A stretch of DNA of 12,086 nucleotides from the IMG/VR virus record IMGVR_UViG_2703718792_000009; one strand, given 5' to 3'. Under the pieces are notes generated by a model that had not been told where the DNA came from, did not search any database, and saw only the letters and a list, made by a program, of their open reading frames with translations. Below, in pieces: positions 6,174-12,086 of the stretch. Origin of the DNA: a virus. Taxonomy: Duplodnaviria; Heunggongvirae; Uroviricota; Caudoviricetes. The translations under genes were made by a program, and so were the position numbers. How positions within the stretch are numbered: position 1 is the stretch's first letter; each line of letters begins with the position of its first letter.

Positions 6174-6676
6174 GTTCTCGCGGGATAAATAAGGTGATTA
6201 TCCTTGGTCGGGTAGGACAAGACCCTGAAGTTCGATACTCACCATCAGGAACAGCGTTCGCTAACCTGACAATAGCCACGTCAGAACAATGGCGAGATAA
6301 AAATACTGGCGAGCAAAAGGAATTGACTGAATGGCATCGTGTTGCTGTATCCGGGAAACTTGCTGAGGTCGTGGGGCAGTATGTGAAAAAAGGTGATCAG
6401 ATTTATTTCGAGGGAATGCTGAGAACCAGAAAGTGGAAAGACCAGTCAGGGCAAGACCGTTACACAACCGAGGTTCATGTCGGAATTAATGGCGTGATGC
6501 AAATGCTTGGCGGCATTGGCGACAGCAAACAACAAGCAGCCAACAGGCAATCACAGAAGCCACAGCAGCAATCATCACCAGCACAACACAACGAACCTCC
6601 GATGGATTTTGACGACGATATACCCTTTGCACCAGTAACTCTCCCCTTCCCTCATCACGCTATTCACGCAATTTAA
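6170..6676 (+). CDS. ssb: Single-stranded DNA-binding protein SSB, with a 15-aa extension beyond the canonical DDDIPF tip
   Basis: [42 protein letters not shown]...TEWHRV...[11 protein letters not shown]...[11 protein letters not shown] aligns with E. coli SSB as recalled; the ORF continues [15 protein letters not shown] before the stop. Confidence 0.9.
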   Translation: MSSRGINKVIILGRVGQDPEVRYSPSGTAFANLTIATSEQWRDKNTGEQKELTEWHRVAVSGKLAEVVGQYVKKGDQIYFEGMLRTRKWKDQSGQDRYTTEVHVGINGVMQMLGGIGDSKQQAANRQSQKPQQQSSPAQHNEPPMDFDDDIPFAPVTLPFPHHAIHAI

Positions 6677-6684
6677 GGACTTAC

Positions 6685-7233
6685 ATGAATCACTTAATGG
6701 TTGACCTTGAAACAATGGGCAACGGTCCATACGCGCCAGTTATTTCTATTGGGGCGGTATTCTTTGACCCGAATACCGGAGAAACAGGAGAAGAGTTCTC
6801 GGTAAATATCTCGCTTGAGTCATCAATGCGATATCGGGCGCGTCCTGACGCTTCAACGATTTTATGGTGGATGGAACAGAGTGAAGAAGCCAGAAAATCG
6901 CTAACCAGCAACACTCAAGAGCTTTCAACGGCTCTTTCATGGTTATCTGAATTCATCATAAAGAACGCTAACCACAAATTCGTTCAGGTTTGGGGGAATG
7001 GAGCATCATTTGACTGCGTTATTCTCCGCAACAGTTATTCGCTGACAGGGCAGCCAGTTCCGTGGCAGTGGTGGAATGACCGCGACGTAAGAACAATCGT
7101 CGAGCTTGGAAAGGTAATAGGATTCGACCCTAAGCGAGATATGCCATTCAAAGGAACTCGCCACAACGCGCTTGATGATGCCATCCACCAAGCCAAATAC
7201 GTTTCAGCGATCTGGAAAAAGTTAGCTAAATAA
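6685..7233 (+). CDS. DnaQ-like (DEDDh) 3'-5' exonuclease (182 aa)
   Basis: Exo I MVDLETMG (D-x-E), Exo II-like WGNGASFDCVIL, Exo III HNALDDAIHQAKY (H-x4-D); AAGGA RBS. Confidence 0.75.
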   Translation: MNHLMVDLETMGNGPYAPVISIGAVFFDPNTGETGEEFSVNISLESSMRYRARPDASTILWWMEQSEEARKSLTSNTQELSTALSWLSEFIIKNANHKFVQVWGNGASFDCVILRNSYSLTGQPVPWQWWNDRDVRTIVELGKVIGFDPKRDMPFKGTRHNALDDAIHQAKYVSAIWKKLAK

Positions 7234-7249
7234 TCAACCGGAGAAAAAC

Positions 7250-7543
7250 ATGCCAGCGCCTTTGTATGGTGCGGATGACGCGCGCCGCTGTTCCGGCAAT
7301 TCCGTATCGGAGGTGCTGGATAAATTCAGAAAAAACTACGATCGGATAATGTCGCTACCGCAGGAAACGAAAGAGGAAAAGGAATTTCGCCATTGTATAT
7401 GGCTTGCAGAGAAAGAAGAACGCGAGCGAATTTACCAGACATCAATCCGACCATTCCGCAAAGCCACATATACCCACTTCCCTGAAATTGACCCGCGCCT
7501 GCGTAATTACCGCTCACGCTATGGCGCTATCAGTAATGACTGA
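7250..7543 (+). CDS. Hypothetical protein (97 aa)
   Basis: GGAGA RBS 5 nt before ATG; same-strand operon context; no motif recognised. Confidence 0.55.
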   Translation: MPAPLYGADDARRCSGNSVSEVLDKFRKNYDRIMSLPQETKEEKEFRHCIWLAEKEERERIYQTSIRPFRKATYTHFPEIDPRLRNYRSRYGAISND

Positions 7544-7553
7544 GGAATTAACC

Positions 7554-7718
7554 ATGAGAGGACTTGCATACAATCCCGGCATTCTTCCGGCAGAAATGAT
7601 TATTCGCCAACGCGTAAAGCCAATGCCATCGAGAGAGGAATTGCTTAAGAGAAATTCTTTTCCATCAGTGAATAAAAACAAATATCTGAATGCGATGTGG
7701 CGGAGTGGGAAGAAATGA
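7554..7718 (+). CDS. Hypothetical small protein (54 aa)
   Basis: GAGGAA RBS before ATG 7554 (the track ORF from 7404 would overlap the previous gene); stop overlaps the next start (ATGA). Confidence 0.45.
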   Translation: MRGLAYNPGILPAEMIIRQRVKPMPSREELLKRNSFPSVNKNKYLNAMWRSGKK

Positions 7719-8176
7719 AACAAATGTCACTAATTGAGATGGATGGTTTTCTGAAAGGTAAATGCATCCCATGTGATTTAAAGGTTAACGAAACAAAGGC
7801 TGAATATCTGGTGCGTAAATTTGCTGAAGCGGAGGCCAAGATTTCGGCTCTGTACGAAGACCACCAGAAAGCGATTGAGTCAATTAAGCAGGCTGATGCA
7901 GCTGTTAAGTTGGCACACGAGAAGTTTTCAGCGCTGGCGGCGGAGAATGAGGCGATAAAGTTCTACCTCAGAAACGGCCCGGTAATACGCAAAGGTGATG
8001 AGCTTGCAGCTGCGCACCAGTTTGCGCCAGAAACACCAGCCACCGACGCTTTCCTGGCTGAAGTACGTGCGCAGGGGGTTGAGATGATGCGCGAACATCC
8101 ATCAATCAAACTTTGCTCTTTGACGCACATATGTGATGAGTTAGTCGACCAGCTTCGCAAAGGAGGCAACCAGTGA
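7715..8176 (+). CDS. Hypothetical protein (153 aa)
   Basis: ATG 7715 overlaps the upstream stop; heptad-like Ala/Glu/Lys-rich middle segment (by eye); stop overlaps the next GTG start. Confidence 0.6.
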   Translation: MKQMSLIEMDGFLKGKCIPCDLKVNETKAEYLVRKFAEAEAKISALYEDHQKAIESIKQADAAVKLAHEKFSALAAENEAIKFYLRNGPVIRKGDELAAAHQFAPETPATDAFLAEVRAQGVEMMREHPSIKLCSLTHICDELVDQLRKGGNQ

Positions 8177-8721
8177 GTAAGATTGACTATCAGGTACTGC
8201 GTGAAAAGGCAGAGAAAGCAACTAAAGGAAGCTACATCGTAGGGCATACATCTGTTAACCAGCACGGCAATTTAACAGGAGTTTTTGTTTGTCAAAAATG
8301 GAAAGGAGAGCCAGGTGGCGTGATTGCAGAATGTCACGTTAACTGCCTGATTGAAACAGATGCTCAGGCTTATGCAAACGCAGAATTCATAGCAGAGGCT
8401 AACCCAGCTACCGTACTGGCACTACTGGATGAACGGGAAAGAAACCAGCAATACATCAAATCCCGCGACCAGGAGAACGAGGAAATTGCGCTAACGGTAG
8501 GGAAGCTGCGCGTTGAGCTTGAAGCAGAAAAACAGCGGGCAAAAGTTCTATTTATGGAAAATGCTCGGCTTAAGTCAGGTATAGCCGGTCTGATACACCT
8601 CGGTATTCGATATGCAGATGTTGAGGTCATGAGAATTGCTGGAGATGCCCAGCTTTCTACCCCATGCACTGACAGCATCATAAACAGCATTGCAACAGGC
8701 ATTCGCATCAAAGGAGAGTGA
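8173..8721 (+). CDS. Ead/Ea22-like family protein (182 aa), GTG start
   Basis: AAGGAGG RBS then GTG 8173; contains EANPATVLALLDERE, which I associate with enterobacterial prophage Ead/Ea22-like proteins (from memory, unverified). Confidence 0.6.
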   Translation: MSKIDYQVLREKAEKATKGSYIVGHTSVNQHGNLTGVFVCQKWKGEPGGVIAECHVNCLIETDAQAYANAEFIAEANPATVLALLDERERNQQYIKSRDQENEEIALTVGKLRVELEAEKQRAKVLFMENARLKSGIAGLIHLGIRYADVEVMRIAGDAQLSTPCTDSIINSIATGIRIKGE

Positions 8722-8722
8722 T

Positions 8723-9091
8723 ATGAGCGCTATAACCAAAGAACGTATCAAATTATTCATTAAAAATCCGCTTGATAACGGACTTACTCGTGGCGAACAA
8801 ATGGAACTGGCACGAATTGCACTGGCATCGCTGGAAGCAAAACCAATAGGTGCTTTCCACATTGCAGAACAGCAGGTCGATGGCACAAGTGACTACATCA
8901 AGGATGGGGAGTGGCCTATTGATAATGGGACAATTGAAGTATACGCCGCCCCTCCAGCGCCAGTAGTGCCGGAAGAAAAACCAATGCCGAACCCTCTTAG
9001 CATGTACGCGGTTGATGCTGTTGCCGCTATTGCAGAGGTGAGAGGATGGAACGCCTGTCGTGCAGCCATGCTTAAGGGGGATAAATCATGA
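8723..9091 (+). CDS. Hypothetical protein (122 aa)
   Basis: AAGGAGAG RBS before ATG 8723; stop overlaps the next start. Confidence 0.6.
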   Translation: MSAITKERIKLFIKNPLDNGLTRGEQMELARIALASLEAKPIGAFHIAEQQVDGTSDYIKDGEWPIDNGTIEVYAAPPAPVVPEEKPMPNPLSMYAVDAVAAIAEVRGWNACRAAMLKGDKS

Positions 9092-9447
9092 TTAATCGAA
9101 CCAAACTGGAGCACATCCTCGAGTATGCCAGGCAGCAGAGGCGCTTTGGCCAGCTTTGTAAAATTCTGCCAGGAGATATGGTTGAAATCGTGGAGATTGC
9201 CATGCGTAAGACTGGCAACTCTCCGGTAACTCCGGATGGTTGGATAAGCTGTAGTGAGCGAATGCCGGATAGCAAAACAGCCGTTCTTGTTGCCAGGGAG
9301 TTTGACAGGAAAGGTGACTGGCGAATGAAATGGGCGACTTACATCCCGGGGCATCCTGACGCTAATGATGGGTGGATAATTCCCGGTGCGTCGTGGAAAC
9401 CGTCACACTGGATGCCGCTACCGGAACCGCCGCAGGAGGTGAAGTGA
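9088..9447 (+). CDS. DUF551-like prophage protein (119 aa)
   Basis: W-rich C-terminal half ending HWMPLPEPP, characteristic of DUF551 as I recall it; ATGA overlap with the upstream stop. Confidence 0.7.
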   Translation: MINRTKLEHILEYARQQRRFGQLCKILPGDMVEIVEIAMRKTGNSPVTPDGWISCSERMPDSKTAVLVAREFDRKGDWRMKWATYIPGHPDANDGWIIPGASWKPSHWMPLPEPPQEVK

Positions 9448-9725
9448 TGGACTCCTTCGCGAAATATACGATTATTGACTGGATAGCCTTCCTTCAGGTT
9501 TTGCTCATCTGGTTTTATATGGCTTACAGGAGTGGACAGTGGATTGTCAGTGTAGCCTGTAGCAAGGGATGGCGTTGGTGGAACCGAAAGAATAAAAAAG
9601 CACTGGCCTTGGATTCGTTTTACGAAGCATTCAATCTTAACAGCCTTCAGCCTGGTTCTGTCATTGTAGTCACCACTCAAAGTGGCATGACCATTCAGAT
9701 TCATAAACCAAAAGAGGAAAAATGA
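9447..9725 (+). CDS. Hypothetical small protein with a hydrophobic N-terminal segment (92 aa)
   Basis: AGGAGG RBS; TGATG overlap with the upstream stop; IIDWIAFLQVLLIWFYMAY looks like a single membrane helix. Confidence 0.55.
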   Translation: MDSFAKYTIIDWIAFLQVLLIWFYMAYRSGQWIVSVACSKGWRWWNRKNKKALALDSFYEAFNLNSLQPGSVIVVTTQSGMTIQIHKPKEEK

Positions 9726-9811
9726 TGTGGCCTATATGTGTTAATTGCGGACGGATGTGCCTATCTGGATGGTGCCGAAAGTGCGACAAATGCACGAAGA
9801 AAAGACAATAA
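9722..9811 (+). CDS. Candidate 29-aa cysteine-rich (zinc-ribbon-like) micro-protein
   Basis: AGAGGA RBS 5 nt before ATG 9722, which overlaps the upstream stop; MMWPICVNCGRMCLSGWCRKCDKCTKKRQ has six Cys as CxxC/CxxC-type pairs; below the ORF-track length cutoff. Confidence 0.35.
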   Translation: MMWPICVNCGRMCLSGWCRKCDKCTKKRQ

Positions 9812-9812
9812 C

Positions 9813-9870
9813 AATCCTCGCACTCGCGGGGATTTCTTTTATCTGAACTCGCTACGGCGAGTTTTGTTTT
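9813..9870 (+). terminator. Two tandem hairpin + T-tract elements (9813-9842 and 9846-9870), candidate intrinsic terminators or attenuators
   Basis: AATCCTCGC-actc-GCGGGGATT + TCTTTTAT (one G-U pair), then AACTCGC-tacg-GCGAGTT + TTGTTTT. Confidence 0.45.
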
Positions 9871-9883
9871 ATGGAGATGATAA

Positions 9884-10051
9884 ATGCACTTCCGAGTCAC
9901 AGGTGAATGGAATGGAGAGCCATTCAACAGAGTTATCGAAGCGGAGAACATCAACGACTGCTATAACCACTGGATGATATGGGCGCAGATAGCACATGCA
10001 GACGTAACCAATATTCGAATTGAAGAACTGAAAGAACACAAAAACGCCTGA
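9884..10051 (+). CDS. Hypothetical 55-aa protein
   Basis: GGAGA RBS 6 nt before ATG 9884; MHFRVTGEWNGEPFNRVIEAENINDCYNHWMIWAQIAHADVTNIRIEELKEHKNA; bracketed by hairpin/T-tract elements; short, so uncertain. Confidence 0.35.
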   Translation: MHFRVTGEWNGEPFNRVIEAENINDCYNHWMIWAQIAHADVTNIRIEELKEHKNA

Positions 10052-10066
10052 TGGCGGTTTTTTATT
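10045..10066 (+). terminator. Weak intrinsic terminator candidate overlapping the stop of the 55-aa ORF
   Basis: CGCC-tgat-GGCG stem (4 bp) followed by GTTTTTTATT. Confidence 0.4.
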
Positions 10067-10073
10067 GCCTGAT

Positions 10074-10089
10074 TTGCAGGTTCGATTCC
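10074..10089 (+). other. tRNA-derived fragment: T-stem 5' half plus T-loop (TTGCAGGTTCGATTCC), not part of a complete tRNA
   Basis: Contains the GGTTCGATTCC T-loop signature; no D-arm or anticodon arm upstream. Matches my recollection of the segment of tRNA-Arg (argW) immediately 5' of the fragment at 10379-10393. Confidence 0.5.
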
Positions 10090-10108
10090 CTATTCGGAGA
10101 TAGCACTC

Positions 10109-10309
10109 ATGCAACACGAACTACAACCTGATTCACTGGTTGATTTGAAATTCATCATGGCCGATACTGGCTTCGGTAAGACCTTCATCTATGACCGGAT
10201 TAAGTCCGGCGACCTGCCTAAAGCCAAAGTTATCCACGGGCGAGCAAGATGGTTATATCGTGATCATTGTGAATTCAAAAATAAGCTCTTAAGCCGCGCC
10301 AATGGGTAA
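10109..10309 (+). CDS. torI: AlpA/TorI-family excisionase (recombination directionality factor), 66 aa
   Basis: MQHELQPDSLVDLKFIMADTGFGKTFIYDRIKSGDLPKAKVIHGRARWLYRDHCEFKNKLLSRANG, a winged-helix Xis/AlpA-type fold signature; matches my recollection of E. coli KplE1 TorI; last prophage gene before the att core; CGGAGA RBS. Confidence 0.75.
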   Translation: MQHELQPDSLVDLKFIMADTGFGKTFIYDRIKSGDLPKAKVIHGRARWLYRDHCEFKNKLLSRANG

Positions 10310-10378
10310 AATAGCGGGTAAAATATTTCTCACATCTAAAAAACACCATTCCAATCAATCCCCTGCCTCGTCAAGTAG

Positions 10379-10393
10379 ATGTCTGCAGGGGAC
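10379..10393 (+). other. Right attachment-site core (attR): 15-nt copy of a tRNA 3' end (CTGCAGGGGACACCA), consistent with tRNA-Arg argW
   Basis: T-stem 3' half, acceptor 3' half, discriminator and CCA with no upstream tRNA body: the partial duplicate left by integration into a tRNA gene. The argW assignment is from memory. Confidence 0.6.
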
Positions 10394-10838
10394 ACCAGAT
10401 ACCCTTCAAACCAAATCTACCTTCACCCCGTAAAAGATGGGTTTGGCAGCACACTTGCCCTATATCTACTCATTTTTACTGCAACAGGTTGAAATCTCAG
10501 CACTGTCAGAAAGCGCTGATGACTAAACAGCCCTGGGCCGGGCGATGTAACCATCATACAGAATCCTGATAGCGAAATATGGCGTGACTCGATACTTCAC
10601 TCTGCAATGCATTCCTTGATGAATTCGCAGGCCCGTGATACACGGGACAGGTCGCTGAATGACGACAATGTCCTGGAAATCAGCGAACCGCGTATCCGGA
10701 GTACATTTGAGCGACTGTACCAGAACATGAATGAGGCGTTTGGATTAGGCGATTATTAGCAGGGCTAAGCATTTTTGTATTATTATTTTCCGGTTGAGGG
10801 ATATGGAGATATCGACAACAACCGGAAAAAGTTTACGT

Positions 10839-12086
10839 CTATATTGCTGAAGGTACAGGCGTTTCCATAACTATTTGCTCGCGTTTTTTACTCAGGAAGA
10901 AAATGCCAAATAGCAACATCAGGCAGACAATACCCGAAATTGCGAAGAAAACTGTCTGGTAGCCTGCGTGGTCAAAGAGTATCCCAGTCGGCGTTGAAAG
11001 CAGCACAATCCCAAGCGAACTGGCAATTTGAAAACCAATCAGAAAGATCGTCGACGACAGGCGCTTATCAAAGTTTGCCACGCTGTATTTGAAGACGGAT
11101 ATGACACAAAGTGGAACCTCAATGGCATGTAACAGCTTCACTAATGAAATAATCCAGGGGTTAACGAACAGCGCGCAGGAAAGGATACGCAACGCCATAA
11201 TCACAACACCGATAAGTAATGCATTTTTTGGCCCTACCCGATTCACAAAGAAAGGAATAATCGCCATGCACAGCGCTTCGAGTACCACCTGGAATGAGTT
11301 GAGATAACCATACAGGCGCGTTCCTACATCGTGTGATTCGAATAAACCTGCATAAAAGACAGGAAAGAGTTGTTGATCAAAAATGTTATAGAAAGACCAC
11401 GTCCCCACAATAAATATGACAAAAACCCAGAAGTTTCGATCCTTGAAAACTGCGATAAAATCCTCTTTTTTTACCCCTCCCGCATCCGCCGCTATGCACT
11501 GGTGATCCTTATCTTTAAAACGCATGTTGATCATCATAAATACAGCGCCAAATAGCGAGACCAACCAGAAGTTGATATGGGGACTGATACTAAAAAATAT
11601 ACCGGCAAAGAACGCGCCAATAGCATAGCCAAAAGATCCCCAGGCGCGCGCTGTTCCATATTCGAAATGAAAATTTCGCGCCATTTTTTCGGTGAAGCTG
11701 TCAAGCAAACCGCATCCCGCCAGATACCCCAGGCCAAAAAAGAGCGCCCCCAGAATTAGACCTACAGAAAAATTGCTTTGCAGTAACGGTTCATAAACGT
11801 AAATCATAAACGGTCCGGTCAAGACCAGAATGAAACTCATACACCAGATGAGCGGTTTCTTCAGACCGAGTTTATCCTGAACGATGCCGTAGAACATCAT
11901 AAATAGAATGCTGGTAAACTGGTTGACCGAATAAAGTGTACCTAATTCCGTCCCTGTTAATCCTAGATGTCCTTTCAGCCAAATAGCGTATAACGACCAC
12001 CACAGCGACCAGGAAATAAAAAAGAGAAATGAGTAACTGGATGCAAAACGATAGTACGCATTTCTGAATGGAATATTCAGTGCCAT
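10839..12086 (-). CDS. cscB: LacY-family oligosaccharide:H+ symporter, most likely sucrose permease CscB (415 aa, complete; start codon is the last 3 nt of the window)
   Basis: Aligns by eye along its length with LacY (DKLGLKKPLIWCMSFILVLTGPF...NFHFEYGTARAWGSFGYAIG... vs LacY [23 protein letters not shown]...NFEFGRARMFGCVGWALC...); N-terminus MALNIPFRNAYYRFASSYSFLFF matches my recollection of CscB. Confidence 0.8.
   Translation of the reverse strand: MALNIPFRNAYYRFASSYSFLFFISWSLWWSLYAIWLKGHLGLTGTELGTLYSVNQFTSILFMMFYGIVQDKLGLKKPLIWCMSFILVLTGPFMIYVYEPLLQSNFSVGLILGALFFGLGYLAGCGLLDSFTEKMARNFHFEYGTARAWGSFGYAIGAFFAGIFFSISPHINFWLVSLFGAVFMMINMRFKDKDHQCIAADAGGVKKEDFIAVFKDRNFWVFVIFIVGTWSFYNIFDQQLFPVFYAGLFESHDVGTRLYGYLNSFQVVLEALCMAIIPFFVNRVGPKNALLIGVVIMALRILSCALFVNPWIISLVKLLHAIEVPLCVISVFKYSVANFDKRLSSTIFLIGFQIASSLGIVLLSTPTGILFDHAGYQTVFFAISGIVCLMLLFGIFFLSKKREQIVMETPVPSAI

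Larger units (their letters stand above)
1..10393. mobile_element. Lambdoid prophage, early/immunity/replication/recombination portion up to the right attachment core; the prophage continues beyond the window start
   Basis: Contiguous lambda-like gene order (O, cII, cro | cI, N, cIII, kil, recombination genes, excisionase) with tight or overlapping start/stop junctions; ends at a 15-nt tRNA 3'-end match at 10379-10393, after which a chromosomal permease gene follows. Confidence 0.85.

Noticed and set aside
8370-9954. Series of minus-strand ORFs (8370-8711, 8575-8886, 8893-9354, 9072-9275, 9339-9704, 9670-9954) antisense to the plus-strand gene chain
   Set aside because: All are embedded antisense in a tightly coupled plus-strand operon with RBS-supported starts and overlapping stop/start junctions; none has a credible RBS or recognisable product.
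10790-10825. Nested inverted repeat as an intrinsic terminator for cscB or for the prophage transcript
   Set aside because: The U-tract would precede rather than follow the stem on both strands; the loop is ~22 nt; not a canonical rho-independent terminator.
10310-10838. A complete tRNA gene at the prophage-chromosome junction
   Set aside because: Only a 15-nt 3'-end fragment (10379-10393) and a 16-nt T-arm/T-loop fragment (10074-10089) are present; no D-arm, anticodon arm or acceptor 5' strand was found, so no tRNA feature was called.
11089-11759. Short plus-strand ORFs (11089-11307, 11370-11555, 11577-11759) and minus ORF 11534-11737 inside the permease gene
   Set aside because: Antisense or out-of-frame within a 415-aa membrane transporter gene with clear LacY-family similarity along its length.
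1-12086. CRISPR arrays, rRNA genes, insertion sequences or transposase genes
   Set aside because: No regularly spaced direct repeats with unique spacers, no rRNA-like sequence and no transposase-like ORF or terminal inverted repeats were seen; the only repeat family is the ori iteron set.

Overview
The window is the early (immunity, replication, recombination) part of a mosaic lambdoid prophage, ending at a tRNA-derived right attachment site, followed by a chromosomal LacY-family (CscB-like) permease gene. On the minus strand, from the window start: a lambda-O-like replication initiator with its internal ori iterons (partial), a cII homologue and a Cro-like repressor. On the plus strand, divergently: a cI repressor (lambda-like C-terminal LexA-type domain, different N-terminal HTH), then an unrecognised 300-aa gene in the position lambda uses for rexAB, then PL/OL, nutL, a P22-gene-24-like N, a 207-aa unknown, cIII, a kil-like ORF, a recombination block (Rad52-like annealing protein, HNH endonuclease, SSB, DnaQ-like exonuclease), several small unknown ORFs, a DUF551 protein and a TorI/AlpA-like excisionase. 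The strongest candidate for a new system is the 300-aa gene between cI and PL (2139-3041), a slot lambdoid prophages use for anti-phage cargo; the 207-aa gene between N and cIII and the 62-aa gene where lambda has gam are secondary candidates. No integrase, rRNA, CRISPR array or complete tRNA was found. All protein identifications are by eye from recalled sequences and motifs; no database search or computation was run.
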